This document shows, piece after piece, positions 8,533 through 18,665 of a DNA stretch of 64,000 nt. A program made the position numbers and the translations under genes. This DNA comes from Acidimicrobiales bacterium (GTDB taxonomy: Bacteria; Actinomycetota; Acidimicrobiia; Acidimicrobiales; Aldehydirespiratoraceae), in contig OY730477.1 in NCBI GenBank assembly GCA_963422745.1, forward strand, positions 759,734-823,733, in the 5' to 3' direction. Every line of letters starts with the position of its first letter. The first letter of the stretch is position 1. The notes beneath the pieces are model-generated. The model was given only the letters and a program-made list of their open reading frames with translations. It had not been told where the DNA came from and searched no databases.

Positions 8533-10843
8533 ACGATCCTAAACAGGTTAGTATACAGGCAGGAATATTGCCCTGGCTGACGTTTTATCATCTGGTGTTG
8601 GTGTTGGCGCTTGTGTTTGGGCTGATGTTGTTGGCTGGGCCGGTTACGGCTCAAACGGATCCCGATGATGTTCCGACTGACGCGGATGCTGTGTTTCTTC
8701 ATCCTGCGGTGACGTCTTATGCTAGTGATTATTCGGTTTCGTTTGAAGTAGCAGAGCAGAACTTGCGTCGTATTGCGGAGTTGCAGAGGATTATGGTTTC
8801 GATTATTGATCTGGAACGTTCGAGAGTGGCTGGTACTGGTATTGATCATGGTATGGATATGCGCGGGTGGGTTTGGTTGGTTGGCGATGAACCAGCATCC
8901 ACGAGCGCGGCACGGATCGCGGACGCGTATGGTGATGTGGAGATACGTTTGGGTGCGGCTCACACGTATGCAGAGCTGCGCAAAGCTCAGGACAGCTTGG
9001 ACTTTGATAGTGTGACTGACCCGGGGACCAACGCAAGGCTATCTGATATGGTGGTGTACACGGCTGTGGATGTGGATGCCAACAGCGTTGAGATCGGAAT
9101 TGACCCAACGCGGGCACATACCCGTGCGCGTAGGTCCACCTCGGCGGCTCCGGTATCGGATGAAGAACTCGCTACCGAAGCTGATTGGGTTACATCGATG
9201 CTAAAGGGTTATGTTGATGTGCCGATAGTGATCGGCGATGGACGAGGGTACGGTTCCACGGCTAGTTTTCTGGGCGGTGAAGAGATGGGACTGTGTACTT
9301 CGGGGTTTGCTGCCAACAAGACGGTGGGCCTTACGGGATCATCACCGCTGGTCACTGCGAAGAGATCATTGTTATGAACGGAATTAGGTTACCGAATGTG
9401 GTTGGTTGGAAAAGCAGAACCGCTGACGCGCAGTTCCATGTCATCCCACTACCGGCAAACCCCGGAGATGACTACCACAACCTGTCTAATACCTTCAGAA
9501 CCAGTCGCTTCATGTGCTATTATCTAAGCACAATATGTGCAGTCAGAAGCGATATCGCCCGTGATGACATGGAAAAGTCTACCGATGCCCAAAGAGGGGA
9601 TTATGTTTGCCATACCGGAAAAAATAGTGGCGTATCCTGCGGAACAATCACAAACAAAGATCTAGCACCAGGTTACCCTAATGATGATGTTTGCGAAGAA
9701 GAAGATCGCACCGGTATTGTCTGTGCCCCTGTCTTCGTTAGAGTCGATGGCCCTTCGCTGAAAGCATGTGGAGGGGACAGTGGCGGTCCCTGGTACAGCG
9801 GTCTAGGTGTTGCCTATGGAATTACTATGGCCGGAAAGCAAAGGGAGGATTGCACTACCCCAGGCCAGTTCGCCGTGTTTTCTGCTGTAAGAGAGGTAGA
9901 AGACTTTCTTGGAGTTCAGGTATTGACCGCACCTCCGTCGCCGCCCGGCGCCCCGGGTGATGTCAGCGCTACCATAAAACCTAATGATGTGAGGGTTGGC
10001 TGGACTGCTCCGAGTTCAGGTGCTGCAGGCTATATCATACACCGCAAGATCCATCTTTGGGATCAGCCATACCGTGAAATCGCCAGAACAGCCATGGAAA
10101 CCAACTATAGACCTGATACCTATTTCTATGATACTGTCTCTGGCTTGGTGCCGGGCGTACGACTCACATATCGAGTCAAGGCTATTGACAACCTCGGTAA
10201 CACCGGATCCTGGTCATACTCCAATACCATAACTATCCCCACACAAACAACGGTTCCGGGCCCTCCAACAAATGTGCGCGTTACGAAGGGTCCCCGTTAT
10301 GTGAGGGTTGGATGGTCCGCTCCGTCTACCGGCGCGGCGAGCTATTATATTTATAGGCGAATCGCGCGGGACGGCCATAGATACACCAAGATAGCGACAA
10401 CATCTAAAGTCTATTTCTATGAGCTATTGGCAGGTCTAAACCCCGGAACTGAATACTACTATCGGGTCGAAGCGGTCAACAGTGTCGGCCAAACCGGGCC
10501 CTGGTCGAACTATGGTGCTATCATCACCCCCACACAAGAAACGATTCTACAAACAGCGATTCCTGGCCGTCCAACAAATGTCCGCGTTACTATAGGCCCA
10601 CGTTATGTGAGGGTTGGGTGGTCCGCCCCGTCGAACGGAGCGACGAAATATGAAATTTACAGACTCATCGCGCGGGATGGCAATCAATTAACTTGGATAG
10701 CGACGACATCTGAAGTCTATTTCTATGAGTTAGTGGCAGGCCTAAACCCCGGAACCACACACTACTATCGGGTCAAAGCGGTCAACAGTGTCGGCCAAAC
10801 CGGGCCCTTGTCAACCGCCGGTGCTATAACCACCCCAAAGTAA
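8529..10843 (+). pseudogene. S1 protease-3xFN3, cassette copy 3; frame broken by a 1-nt deletion just upstream of the catalytic His codon
   Basis: ORFs 8490..9377 and 9293..10843 are colinear with 4336..6660. gctgccaacaagacggtgggcc here aligns with gctgctaaacagaatggtgggcc in the intact copy, so one nt is missing near 9316-9322. AGGAGGAAA lies before the ATG at 8529. Confidence 0.8.
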
Positions 10844-10854
10844 TAGCCCCAGTT

Positions 10855-10895
10855 GACAATCTTGAGGTGCGCTATCCCGGGCTGGGTGAGTTGTT
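10855..10895 (+). other. 41-nt internal fragment of the MoaD-like gene at the right edge of the cassette array
   Basis: gacaatcttgaggtgcgctatcccgggctgggtgagttgtt matches the interior of 6854..7099 (about 6948-6988). It is preceded by cagttga, which is the first 7 nt of the inter-cassette junction. Confidence 0.7.
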
Positions 10896-12181
10896 TATGT
10901 TCCGGCCCGCGAGCCGATCCGTGCACGAGAACCGATCCGTGTGATCAAGGGGTATAGACCCGCTCCGATTAGCGACAGGGCACCCACGGCGGCCCAGTGG
11001 CTCAGAAAACCGAAGTCTCGGGTCTCAACGATCACACCGGACAGCAATCCTGCGACAGCCCCGGCCATCACCATTGTGAAGTCCGCAGCTCCCTGCACGG
11101 TGGCTCGTTGAGTGACGTCAAATGACGCTGTCAACAGAGCCGATCCGGACAAGGTGGCGATTGACCAACCCAGCCCCACCAAGAAGAGGCCGACGAACAC
11201 GCCGGTGCTGTCTGCGGGATCGGTACGCGACGCAAACTCGCCGCCGATGAACAACGTCACACCGGCGACCGCAACCATCACACCGGCACGTACCCGGTCA
11301 ACTACCCAACCCACCGCCGGCGAGAGCATGAACATGCCAACGACGTGCAGAGAAATCACGTAACCGATTACGCGCACTTCGTGGTTGCCGTCGTCCATGT
11401 GCAGAGGGGTAACGGTCATGATCCCGACCATGACCGCTTGTCCCACAGCCATAGCAAACACTGCTACCGCAGCCGGTGGATAGCCAGCCAGCCTGACGAA
11501 TGACTCACGCAACGAAGGCCTGGTCTCCTCCGGGCCCGTGGCACCGGTCTTCAGTGCTAGCAGCAGAGGATCGGGACGCAGCAATGTGTGGACCACCACC
11601 GAGGCCAGAGCGAAGACCACCACCCCCATCAGGTACGGCCCGGCCAATTCGTTGAGCCCCAGGAGTTTGGCTACACGTCCGGTCCCGCCGAGGGCGACGG
11701 TCGGACCGAGCACGGCACCAATTGAGCTCGCCCACACGACGATGCCGATGTCGCGACCCCGGTTGTCGGGCTCGGCCAGATCTGCGGCGACGTAACGGGC
11801 CGCCAGATTGGCTGCCTGGCCGACACCGATGCAGATCACCCCTCCCAGCAGCAGCGGATAGATCCGGCTCTGGATCGCTAGAAAGGCCACCAAGCTGCCG
11901 ATGCCGCCCACTATCCAGGCTCGCAGAAGACCCGGTCGGCGGCCGTGGCGAGCCATGTAGCGGCCCAACGGAACCGCAGCGATCGCTCCGCCGATGGCGA
12001 TCATGGTTGCAGCGAGCGTGGATAAGGCGTCGTTGTCGGTGATCTCCTTAGCGGCGAGGCTCGAAGCGGCGAACCCGGCTGCCATCCCCATACCGGCAGG
12101 CAGCACCGAAGCGATCAGTACCCAGCGGGTCCGAGCGTGGACTCGGCTTATGTCGGTGCAGGTACCGGTGATTGATGACAC
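10895..12181 (-). CDS. MFS transporter
   Basis: 428 aa, about 12 hydrophobic segments, with the MFS loop motif GRYMARHGRRPG between TM2 and TM3. Confidence 0.75.
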   Translation of the reverse strand: MSSITGTCTDISRVHARTRWVLIASVLPAGMGMAAGFAASSLAAKEITDNDALSTLAATMIAIGGAIAAVPLGRYMARHGRRPGLLRAWIVGGIGSLVAFLAIQSRIYPLLLGGVICIGVGQAANLAARYVAADLAEPDNRGRDIGIVVWASSIGAVLGPTVALGGTGRVAKLLGLNELAGPYLMGVVVFALASVVVHTLLRPDPLLLALKTGATGPEETRPSLRESFVRLAGYPPAAVAVFAMAVGQAVMVGIMTVTPLHMDDGNHEVRVIGYVISLHVVGMFMLSPAVGWVVDRVRAGVMVAVAGVTLFIGGEFASRTDPADSTGVFVGLFLVGLGWSIATLSGSALLTASFDVTQRATVQGAADFTMVMAGAVAGLLSGVIVETRDFGFLSHWAAVGALSLIGAGLYPLITRIGSRARIGSRAGT

Positions 12182-12258
12182 CGCGGCATTTTGGCACGGT
12201 TACGCCGGTTCGGGCTGCTTAGACGGTTGTACAGACGGGGTGGCATAATCGTTGATTC

Positions 12259-12804
12259 GTGGAACCGATACACGTGTGGCGTTCGCCGAAGGTTGAGATC
12301 CGGCCCAGTCGGCTCGGCGGTCGAGCCGTTTTTGCTTCCGATGCGGTGGTCCGTGGCGAGCGGTTAGCGGTGAAGGTCGGTCACGTTGTTGACGGAACCG
12401 AGGTTGATCGCCTGACCGCCGAGATTGGTGACTACTCGTTACAGATCGACACTGACCTGTTCCTTTCGCCCCGCCACCTTGACGAGTACGACTCCATGGT
12501 CGTCCACATCAACCATTCGTGTGAAGCTAACGTGGGGTTCGCTGGCAACGTGACCTATGTGGCGCTACGTGACATCCAAGCCGGAGAGGAGCTGTGCCAC
12601 GACTACGCCATGGCTCGCACACGGGCCTACCGGTTGACCTGTGAGTGCGCAACTCAGCAATGCCGCGGCATTATCACCGAATCCGATTGGCAACGTAGCG
12701 ACCTTCAGCTCCGCTACGACGGCTACTTCATGCCCCATGTGCAGGCTCTCATCAATTCAATAAATGCTGGCCCACAAACAACGATCGGAGGTGACCGGGT
12801 GTGA
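12259..12804 (+). CDS. SET domain-containing protein (putative protein-lysine methyltransferase)
   Basis: Motifs HINHSCEANV, GEELCHDY and a post-SET-like C.C....C block. Confidence 0.7.
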   Translation: MEPIHVWRSPKVEIRPSRLGGRAVFASDAVVRGERLAVKVGHVVDGTEVDRLTAEIGDYSLQIDTDLFLSPRHLDEYDSMVVHINHSCEANVGFAGNVTYVALRDIQAGEELCHDYAMARTRAYRLTCECATQQCRGIITESDWQRSDLQLRYDGYFMPHVQALINSINAGPQTTIGGDRV

Positions 12805-12827
12805 GTCCTTCACGATCACACTGTTGG

Positions 12828-12990
12828 GCTCCGGCCCTGTCCGAGCAAGTACCCGGCCTGTTGACGTCTGCGCTTCGCTCGGAGGTGCGTTGCGCTCCGG
12901 CCCTGTCCGAGCAGATACCCGGCCTGTTGACGTCTGCGCTTCGCTCGGAGGTGCGTTGGGCTCCGGCCCTTTTTGAGCAGATACCCGGCC
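12828..12990. repeat. Intergenic tandem repeat, 66-bp unit x about 2.5
   Basis: gctccggccctgtccgagca recurs at 12828, 12894 and 12960. Confidence 0.9.
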
Positions 12991-13015
12991 CGAAGGTGAA
13001 TTCCATAAATCGTCG

Positions 13016-14560
13016 GTGCGGCAATTGACCGAAGGTGTATTGAGGCGAGGTCGCAGAGCACGCAGGCAGTCCGTTGCGAGTGGGCCGTCTCAGCCTCCGT
13101 GGCGTCTCTTCAGGCGCCACTTTGAGCCGACGCGGGTGGTGTCAGAAGATCAACTGGAGGCGATCCATTTAGCGTCGCTGGAGGTGTTGTCAAGGACCGG
13201 CATGGACTTCCTGCATCCAGAAGCCTTGCGGCTCTGGGCCGCCGCGGGTGCCTCAGTACACGACCAAAGGGTACGGATCGACAACGATCTCGTGCTCGAT
13301 CTCATTGCCGACGCACCCCGTGAGTTCAAGCTGCACGCACCGGACCCGCAGTTTGACGTCGTCGTTGGTGCTGACAACGTTGTGTTCACAGCGGTGGCCG
13401 GTGCACCTCACTACACCGACCGTCAGAGCGGTCGTCGCTCCGGCAACCGAGAGGATTTTCGGACGCTTCTCAAGCTCTGCAAGCAATTGAACGTCATCCA
13501 GTGCAATGGGGGCTACCCGGTCGAACCCATTGATCTACATCCGTCGATCCGGCACCTCGAGGCAACCCGTGACATTGTAACCCACACCGCCAAGGTCGTT
13601 GGTGTCTACAGCCTGGGCAAACAGCGCAACCTTGACTGCCTTGAGATGGTGCGCATAGTGCGAGGTCTGCGGCCCGATGAGATCGACACCCACCCGATCG
13701 TTCACACTGTCGTCAACACGTCGTCGCCGCTGCGACTCGACACCTCGATGGTTGAGGGAATCCTTCAGTACTCGGCTCGCAATCAGGTGGTCATCGTCAC
13801 CCCCTTCACCCTGGCCGGGGCGATGGCACCGGTTACGATCCCCGGTGCGATTGTGCAACAAAACGCAGAAGCCCTCGCCGGGATTGCCTTCACTCAGCTC
13901 GTTCGTCGTGGCGCGCCCGTCGTCTACGGAGGGTTCACATCCAACGTCGACATGCAGTCCGGTTCTCCCGCTTTCGGCACACCTGAATACATGCAGTCGA
14001 CCATGCTGGGCGGCCAGCTGGCTCGTCGTTACGGTCTGCCGTATCGATCCTCGAATGTGTGCGCCGCCAACACCATTGACACCCAGGCGGGCTACGAAAG
14101 CACCTTCGCCTTGTGGGGGGCCATCATGGGTGGTGCCAACATCGTGTTCCACGGCGCCGGATGGATGGAAGGCGGGTTGCATTCCTCGCCGGAGAAGATG
14201 GTGATAGACGCCGACCTGCTGCAGATGGTCGCCACGTTCTTGACGCCGATGACGATCGACGACGCCACACTGGCGGTGGACGCGATCGCCGAAGTCGGAC
14301 CCGGTAGCCATCATTTCGGCACCCGTCACACCCAGGACCGGTATCGCGATGCGTTCTACCATCCCATGATCTCGGACTGGCGCAACTTCGAGACCTGGGA
14401 CGAGGCCCAACGCCCAACCTCATATCAACACGCCGAACGTGTAGTGAAGGAACTCCTCGCCTGCTATGAACCACCAGCGATCGACGACGCGGTGCGGGCC
14501 GAACTCGACGAGTTCGTCGACCGGCGCATAGCCGAAGGCGGTGTGGAGACCGACTATTGA
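13016..14560 (+). CDS. MttB-superfamily (trimethylamine methyltransferase-like, non-pyrrolysine) quaternary-amine methyltransferase
   Basis: 514 aa with an N-terminal RRGRRARR. SEDQLEAIHLASLEVLSRTGMDF is typical of the family. The ORF is uninterrupted, with no in-frame TAG. Confidence 0.7.
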   Translation: MRQLTEGVLRRGRRARRQSVASGPSQPPWRLFRRHFEPTRVVSEDQLEAIHLASLEVLSRTGMDFLHPEALRLWAAAGASVHDQRVRIDNDLVLDLIADAPREFKLHAPDPQFDVVVGADNVVFTAVAGAPHYTDRQSGRRSGNREDFRTLLKLCKQLNVIQCNGGYPVEPIDLHPSIRHLEATRDIVTHTAKVVGVYSLGKQRNLDCLEMVRIVRGLRPDEIDTHPIVHTVVNTSSPLRLDTSMVEGILQYSARNQVVIVTPFTLAGAMAPVTIPGAIVQQNAEALAGIAFTQLVRRGAPVVYGGFTSNVDMQSGSPAFGTPEYMQSTMLGGQLARRYGLPYRSSNVCAANTIDTQAGYESTFALWGAIMGGANIVFHGAGWMEGGLHSSPEKMVIDADLLQMVATFLTPMTIDDATLAVDAIAEVGPGSHHFGTRHTQDRYRDAFYHPMISDWRNFETWDEAQRPTSYQHAERVVKELLACYEPPAIDDAVRAELDEFVDRRIAEGGVETDY

Positions 14561-14570
14561 TCCACGGACC

Positions 14571-15830
14571 ATGAGCACCGACCCCGTCGACTGGGGATCC
14601 GACTCCGCCTGGGTCAATACCCGGGCGCCACTGCGCGAATCCTTCGGTTTAGATCCAGCGGCTTACGCAGAAGAGCGCTTCTTTCACTACGAACAGCAAA
14701 GGCTGTTCGGACGGGCTTGGGTGATGATCGCAACGGCAGCCGCTGTCGCCGAACCGGGTCGCCTGCTCGTGCGTACGGTTGGGCGCCGGTCCATCATTGT
14801 CACGCGCTCCGACGATGGCGTACTCAGGGGCTTTATCAATTCGTGCAGGCACCGCGGAACCGAACTAGCCGACGCTGACTGTGACATCGCCGGAGTGATT
14901 CGTTGTCCGTATCACCGCTGGGGCTATCGAACAGACGGCACGCTAATCACAACCCCTGGGTTCAATCAGATCCCTCGCACGGATTTCGACAGGTCCGACT
15001 ATCCGCTGTTACCGGTGCAGGTGGATACCTGGGGGGCGCTGGTGTTCGCCTGTCTCGACCCGCAAACCCTGCCATTGAGTTCATGGTTGGGTGACCTCCC
15101 CGCTCGGATGTCTGGCTACCGCTTCGAGGACTGGCGAGTGCATTCGGAGATAGAGGTCGATGTGGCGGCCAACTGGAAGCTCATTACGGAGAACTTCCAG
15201 GAGTACTATCACCTTCGCTGGGTGCATCCCGAGTTGGCCAAGGTGAGCCGGGTGGCGGACCACTATCGGTATCAGGGCCCTGGGATGTACTGCGGTCAGA
15301 CCACCACACCGGTGTCAGGCGACGAACGCGACGAGTGGCTCAGGCTCCCTCCTGCTGCCGGGCTCGACGAATCCGACGGGTCGAGCGGGCGCTTCGTCGC
15401 CGTTTTTCCCAACCTGATGTTTGCTGTTCTGCCCAATCACGCATTCGTCATCCGCCTTGAGCCGATCACTGAGGGCTCGACCCGGGAGATCTGCACGTTT
15501 CTGCTGCCTCCGGGGACCACACCTGTTGATGCAGTCGATATGGCCCCCACCCGGGCTTTCTGGTTTGACGTGAACAACGAAGACATCGACATATGCGAAC
15601 GGGCCCAGCGAGGTATCGCCTCGGGACGAGTGCCAGCGGGACCGTTGTCCCCTCGCTTTGAGGAACCGCTGCACAGATTCCACAACATGGTCGCCGATTG
15701 CCTGACCGCCGATTCGCTAACTGCAGGATCCGGGTTCACGATTCCCGGTGGTGACGACGGCTCCGAAGGTTGCCGCCTCGGCACCGGCGTCAACCCGATG
15801 CCGGTGGCGATCGATCGGTTACATGCGTAG
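14571..15830 (+). CDS. Rieske [2Fe-2S] non-heme-iron oxygenase, alpha-subunit type
   Basis: Rieske motif CRHRG...CPYHRW. The C-terminal catalytic domain has EYYHLRWVH. The ATG at 14571 is preferred over the GTG at 14541. Confidence 0.75.
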   Translation: MSTDPVDWGSDSAWVNTRAPLRESFGLDPAAYAEERFFHYEQQRLFGRAWVMIATAAAVAEPGRLLVRTVGRRSIIVTRSDDGVLRGFINSCRHRGTELADADCDIAGVIRCPYHRWGYRTDGTLITTPGFNQIPRTDFDRSDYPLLPVQVDTWGALVFACLDPQTLPLSSWLGDLPARMSGYRFEDWRVHSEIEVDVAANWKLITENFQEYYHLRWVHPELAKVSRVADHYRYQGPGMYCGQTTTPVSGDERDEWLRLPPAAGLDESDGSSGRFVAVFPNLMFAVLPNHAFVIRLEPITEGSTREICTFLLPPGTTPVDAVDMAPTRAFWFDVNNEDIDICERAQRGIASGRVPAGPLSPRFEEPLHRFHNMVADCLTADSLTAGSGFTIPGGDDGSEGCRLGTGVNPMPVAIDRLHA

Positions 15831-15917
15831 CAGCTCTAACGGAGACGGCCTTGGTGGTCACGCCAGCAATGAGAGTGCAAGACCAGACCAAGCAAGACCA
15901 AACCAAGGGGTAAGTCC

Positions 15918-18455
15918 ATGAAGGCTCAGGCTCAGGTAGTGGTGATCGGTGGAGGCGTGGTCGGGGCGTCGGTGCTGTATCACCTAACCAAGGCAGGCTG
16001 CACCGATGTTGTGTTGTTGGAACGTTCGGAGTTGAGTGCCGGATCCACCTGGCACTCTGCGGGAGGCATGCACACCCTCAACGGCGACCCCAATGTCGCC
16101 AAGCTGCAGCAGTACACGATCGGCCTCTACCGCGAACTAGAACGCGAGTCCGGCATCGACGCGTCAATGCACCTGACCGGTGGCGTGATGCTGGCAGACA
16201 CGCCCGAACGGCTGGACTGGCTGAAGATGATCCAAGCCCGGAGCCGCTACCTGGGGATCCAGACCGAACTGATCTCTATTTCTGAGGCGAAGGAGATGAT
16301 GCCTCTGATTGACGAGCGGTACTTCGTAGGGGCCATGTGGGATGCCAACGAAGGCCACCTCGACCCCAGTCAGATTACAAACGCCTATGCAACCTGCGCC
16401 CGTCGGCGCGGCGCAGAGGTCTACCGCAACAGCTGGGTGCGTGCGATCGACCGGTCCGCCGACGGCGGCTGGAACCTGACCGTTTACGACACGGTGTCGA
16501 ACGCCGATAAGGCGATCGTGTACTGCGAGCACGTGGTCAACGCTGGCGGACTCTGGGCGCGAGAAGTCGGGCGCATGGTGGGCTTGGAGTTGCCGGTGCT
16601 TGCTATGGAGCACATGTACCTGCTCACCGATGAGATCCCCGAGGTTGTTGAGTACAACCGGCGCAGCGGCAAGGAGTTAATCCACGCGATTGATTTCAAA
16701 GGCGAGATCTACACCCGCCAAGAAGGCAACGGCATGCTCTTGGGCACCTACGAGCGGCGCTGTCGGCCTTGGTCGCCGACCGAAACCCCTTGGGACTTTG
16801 ATAAGCGCCTGCTGACGCCTGATCTTGATCGGATCGCCGAATCGCTCGAGACCGGTTTCCGGCACTTCCCGGCTTTGGCCACTGCTGGCATCAAGACGGT
16901 GGTCAACGGCCCGTTTACTTTCGCCCCCGACGGCAACCCGCTGCTGGGCCCGGTCCGCGGTCTGCGTGGGTACTGGTCGGCGTGCGCTGTGATGGCCGGT
17001 TTGTCCCAGGGTGGCGGTGTGGGGCTGTCACTGGCCAATTGGATTATCGAGGGTGACCCCGGCCATGACGTCTGGGGTATGGACATAGCCCGCTTCGGTG
17101 ACTACGCCACGATGTCTTACACAGATGCGAAGGTACGCGAGAACTATTCGCGGCGGTTCAGAATCACCTTTCCCAACGAATTCCTGCCCCGAGCTCGCAA
17201 TGTCGGGACATCGCCGATACATGACCGTCTGGTCGCCTGCAATGCTGTGTTCGGCGACAACTTCGGCCTTGAGTCGGCGCTGTGGTTCCAAACGACCGGT
17301 GAGGAACCGGTGGAAGACGTCATCTTCGGGCGCTCCAACGCGTGGCCCAAGGTGCGTGAGGAGACACTCGCCGTGCGCAGCAGCGTAGGCATGATTGAGA
17401 CCACCGGCTTCTCGAAGTTCCGGTTCGCGGGCTCCGGTGCTAGAGCCTTCCTAGACCGTATTCTCGCCGGTCGGGTTCCAATTGCAGGGCGCATGGCACT
17501 CACGCCGATGACCAATGAGGCTGGCAATCTCATTGGTGACCTCACCGTCGGTGCATTGGGCGCTGCAAGAGGTGAACCGGCTGGCCTTGCGTCGACCGTT
17601 ACTGGCGGTGCCACCGCCAACACCCGCCACGACACCGAGTACATTGTGTTCGGCTCCGGTGTGGCCGAGCGCTACTACGAGCGATGGTTTGACCTGCACA
17701 TGCCTGAAGACGGCTCGGTCCGATATCAAACTCTGGGCTGGGAGATGTGTGGGCTTTCGATAGCTGGCCCCAACGCTCGAGCAATGCTGGAGAAGGTCAC
17801 CGATGCTGACGTCTCACCCGCTGGCATGCGGTTCATGGCATTCACCGAGATCAACATCGGGTTTGCCCCGGTTGTGTGCGGGCGGATCACGTTCACCGGC
17901 GACCTTGGCTACGAATTCTGGATGCCCGCGCGATATCAGCGCTACATCTTCGACGTTCTGTGCGACGCCGGTCGGGAGTTTGATCTGAGGCTCTTCGGGT
18001 TGCACACGTTGAATTCGTTGCGCCTTGAGAAGGGATTCGGATCATGGGCTCGTGAGTACCGTCCGATCTATGATCCGTTTGAGGCTGGAGTCGGGCGGTT
18101 CGTCCGGATGGACTCCGACTTCGTCGGACGCGACGCCCTAGCCGCGAAGTACGGTGATGACGGCCCCGGGTCATCGTTACGTCTGGTCACCTTCACCGTA
18201 GAGAGCGCCGGAGGTCGCGGCGGGTTTGATGCGGTCGGTGATGAGCCGATCTGGCTCAACGATTCCGTCGTTGGTTGGGTCACCTCCGGTGGTTACGCTC
18301 ATCACAGCGAGAGATCCGTGGCGATGGGCTATATCCCCGCCGCGTTGGTCGGCTCCGCTGGCCGCTTCGAGGTTGAGATCCTAGGCGAGCGCAAGCATGC
18401 GGAGATGGTTGATGGCTGCCTGTGGGACACCGCCGGGGAACGGATGCGGGGTTGA
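15918..18455 (+). CDS. Dimethylglycine/sarcosine dehydrogenase-like FAD oxidoreductase fused to a GcvT-type folate-binding aminomethyltransferase domain
   Basis: 845 aa. The N-terminus VVVIGGGVVGASVLYHL is an FAD dinucleotide fold. The size and the C-terminal GcvT-like region (GDLGYEFW, GLHTLNSLRLEKG) also fit. Confidence 0.75.
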   Translation: MKAQAQVVVIGGGVVGASVLYHLTKAGCTDVVLLERSELSAGSTWHSAGGMHTLNGDPNVAKLQQYTIGLYRELERESGIDASMHLTGGVMLADTPERLDWLKMIQARSRYLGIQTELISISEAKEMMPLIDERYFVGAMWDANEGHLDPSQITNAYATCARRRGAEVYRNSWVRAIDRSADGGWNLTVYDTVSNADKAIVYCEHVVNAGGLWAREVGRMVGLELPVLAMEHMYLLTDEIPEVVEYNRRSGKELIHAIDFKGEIYTRQEGNGMLLGTYERRCRPWSPTETPWDFDKRLLTPDLDRIAESLETGFRHFPALATAGIKTVVNGPFTFAPDGNPLLGPVRGLRGYWSACAVMAGLSQGGGVGLSLANWIIEGDPGHDVWGMDIARFGDYATMSYTDAKVRENYSRRFRITFPNEFLPRARNVGTSPIHDRLVACNAVFGDNFGLESALWFQTTGEEPVEDVIFGRSNAWPKVREETLAVRSSVGMIETTGFSKFRFAGSGARAFLDRILAGRVPIAGRMALTPMTNEAGNLIGDLTVGALGAARGEPAGLASTVTGGATANTRHDTEYIVFGSGVAERYYERWFDLHMPEDGSVRYQTLGWEMCGLSIAGPNARAMLEKVTDADVSPAGMRFMAFTEINIGFAPVVCGRITFTGDLGYEFWMPARYQRYIFDVLCDAGREFDLRLFGLHTLNSLRLEKGFGSWAREYRPIYDPFEAGVGRFVRMDSDFVGRDALAAKYGDDGPGSSLRLVTFTVESAGGRGGFDAVGDEPIWLNDSVVGWVTSGGYAHHSERSVAMGYIPAALVGSAGRFEVEILGERKHAEMVDGCLWDTAGERMRG

Positions 18456-18665
18456 AGATGTCGCCCGGCGCGGTACCTTCAGTGCGTGACTGGCTGGCTG
18501 GAATACCCAAAGCCGCTCAGGCGACTTGGCAGCGAAGCTGGTCATGGATTCGGCGGGGATTGTACGGGGATTGTAGAGTCCTAGACTTAGCCGCAGACAA
18601 CCTGCTACGCTATCTTCGGAATCCGCGGGGTCTAGAGTCGGCACCGGATATGAGAGGTTGAGCCA

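Noticed and set aside
725-9325. Programmed ribosomal frameshifting or phase variation in protease copies 1 and 3
   Set aside because: The two breaks are at different positions and of different sign. There is no slippery heptamer or long homopolymer, and the intact copy shows that the single-frame gene is the ancestral state.
1-10843. Diversity-generating retroelement explaining the variable protease loops
   Set aside because: There is no reverse transcriptase gene and no template/variable repeat pair with adenine-specific mismatches. The variation is between whole diverged paralogs and includes indels.
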